Positions 62,201 through 64,000 of a DNA stretch of 64,000 bases are shown in pieces. Numbering within the stretch: the first letter of the stretch is position 1; each line of letters starts with the position of its first letter. The stretch is from Flaccisagitta enflata (taxonomy: Eukaryota). A program made the position numbers and the translations under genes. The DNA is taken from assembly GCA_965153355.1 (NCBI GenBank), contig OZ231126.1, positions 11,408,001 through 11,472,000 of the forward strand, written 5' to 3'. The notes under the pieces were generated by a model. It was not told where the DNA came from and made no database searches. It saw nothing but the letters and a program-made list of their open reading frames with translations.

Positions 62201-62453
62201 TATGAATAAATAACGCTCGGCGCACCGTCTTGGCCCGTGTATCCGGCCTTGTTGTATCACGGAAGATTGGCTGAATTAGTGATTCTTTTTAGCGTTACTA
62301 CCCCCGCCCACCCTCAAACTACCCCTGCCCATCCACATTACTGCCCCTGCTCACCCGCAAGCGGCTCCCCATCAGTCGTTCATTTGGCCTTGTTTTTCTT
62401 TCTTTCGCTGTTTCTTGGCACATTCCCATAAATTCTAACTCAGGGGCAAAAAA

Positions 62454-62528
<75 letters not shown>

Positions 62529-62606
62529 AGGCAGAAGCAGAGAGAGACAGAAAGAGGCAGGCAGGCAGAGAGACAGACAGACAGAGGGACTGTCAGACAG
62601 ACAGAC

Positions 62607-62649
<43 letters not shown>

Positions 62650-62934
62650 TAGACATAAAGAGAGGCAGAGATGCTGAGAGAGATAGAGAGAGGCAGGCAG
62701 ACAGACAGAAACTCAGGCTGGAAAAATGTTCGCGTGGGGGTGGTTTTTCTTACCCTCGATTAAGTCAATATTCAAAAGGATAACGAAATGATAAAATTGA
62801 ACTGAAGATCACAATTAAGGACATGAATAATACAGTAACAAGTAACCCCGTCTAGTGGGACAGTATCATTTTGAACAGGGATGGCAGGAGCGCAAATGCG
62901 GGTTTTCACCATGTTGGAAAGTTACTAACGGACG

Positions 62935-63405
62935 CAGTCTATGGACAAAACGAGGAGAGTAGATGTTGCTGATCATGCTTAGGCGTAGTTTTTTTAAAGT
63001 GTAGGCTTGTAATTACCTCATAGAAAATTACTGAGGACTGAAAGAAACTAACGCAAGAACGATTACTACAGGGAGGCCATGTAAAATCATGAAAGAAGTT
63101 TCTTCATGATTGAAAGCAAATATTGCCATCATGTCGCAGGGTCAGCCAGAGGGGGTCAATCTTAGTCCAGATGGAGGTCTCAAGTCCCAGGGGTGACTGC
63201 ATGCCAACTTTTGCTTTCAATTAAAAAGAAGTTCTTTTTATGATTTTACATAACCTCCCTGTTGTAATCGTTCTTCCATTAGTTTCTTTCAGTCCTCAGT
63301 AATTTTCTACAAGGTAATTACAAGCCTACATTTCGAAATAAACTACACATAAGCATCATACCGGTGATCAGCAAAATCTACTCTCCTCGTTTTGTCCATA
63401 GACTG
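62935..63405. mobile_element. Tc1/mariner-like MITE with long (about 190 bp) inverted arms
   Basis: CAGTCTATGGACAAAACGAGGAGAGTAGAT / ATCTACTCTCCTCGTTTTGTCCATAGACTG|TA; absent from the left arm at about 7405-7415. Confidence 0.85.
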
Positions 63406-64000
63406 TATAGGTGGGTTGAGTGGGATAAAGTGACGTCAGGTGTTTTTCCCCATCAGGATGGGATTTGATGGACTGTGTGTACCAAGGGACCGACAAAGCC
63501 TCTTTTGTTTAGCTAACTTTTTGTCTTTTTCTTTAGAGATACATCATAACATTTTTTAGGTAAGTTTTCCTCATTATTTTTTCGAAATGGTGGTTTTCAC
63601 AATGGTAAGTCTTTGGTCCTTGATGCGCTTTCTAAATCCAAAACATTTTTGAAATCGTCATAAATTTATGAAGAGATGTTTGAAACCATCGTTCTTTGAG
63701 CAAAGCGACCGATGTTCATTTTTCAACTGCCTGCTCCTCTTCCTCTTCTTCCTCCTCCTCATCCTCTTCCTCTTCTTGCTTCTAAACTACACCGCGATGC
63801 AGTCATCATAGTTTGAAATGCTTCATTTTAGCTTCAGACACAGAAAGCGACGTCTTACAACAATCACATTCATTGACTTAAGCATGAACTGTTGCTTGTG
63901 TATTTAATTTCACCCAGCAAAACGAAGCGAAGGTTTTCGTACACATTGGCTTGTCAGTCTGATTGACAGTTTGTCCGACCGAGAGATGGCTTATCCGTCC

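Overview
Repeat-rich eukaryotic DNA, probably from an invertebrate animal (species not determinable here). Most ORF-track entries are microsatellite read-outs. Host genes: the last two exons of an NHL-repeat protein (+, 1051-1958, with an in-frame TGA-CTA followed by 136 further sense codons to 2369), the last exon of a cytohesin-like PH protein (-, 16856-17480), and four phase-compatible exons of an FHAD1-like coiled-coil gene (+, 19881-37604) preceded by an RFX X-box. The dominant feature is a full-length 13.1-kb Bel/Pao LTR retrotransposon (20403-33528, 5-bp TSD GTGAG) in an FHAD1-like intron. It is unusual in four ways. (1) gag and pol are in the same frame, separated by one UGA-C stop followed 8 nt later by a 13-bp stem, which looks like a readthrough signal. 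(2) Gag is very long and glutamine-rich. (3) There is no TGG-type primer-binding site. (4) An apparently spliced non-env third ORF lies between pol and the 3' LTR. A second, 5'-truncated, indel-riddled copy follows (about 37706-45288). A multi-kb inverted duplication (6802-13216 vs 56294-64000, running off the window) brackets the central 43 kb. Its arms carry different hAT, Tc1-like and Helentron-like insertions, giving filled/empty site pairs. All calls are by eye; no alignment, folding or database search was run.
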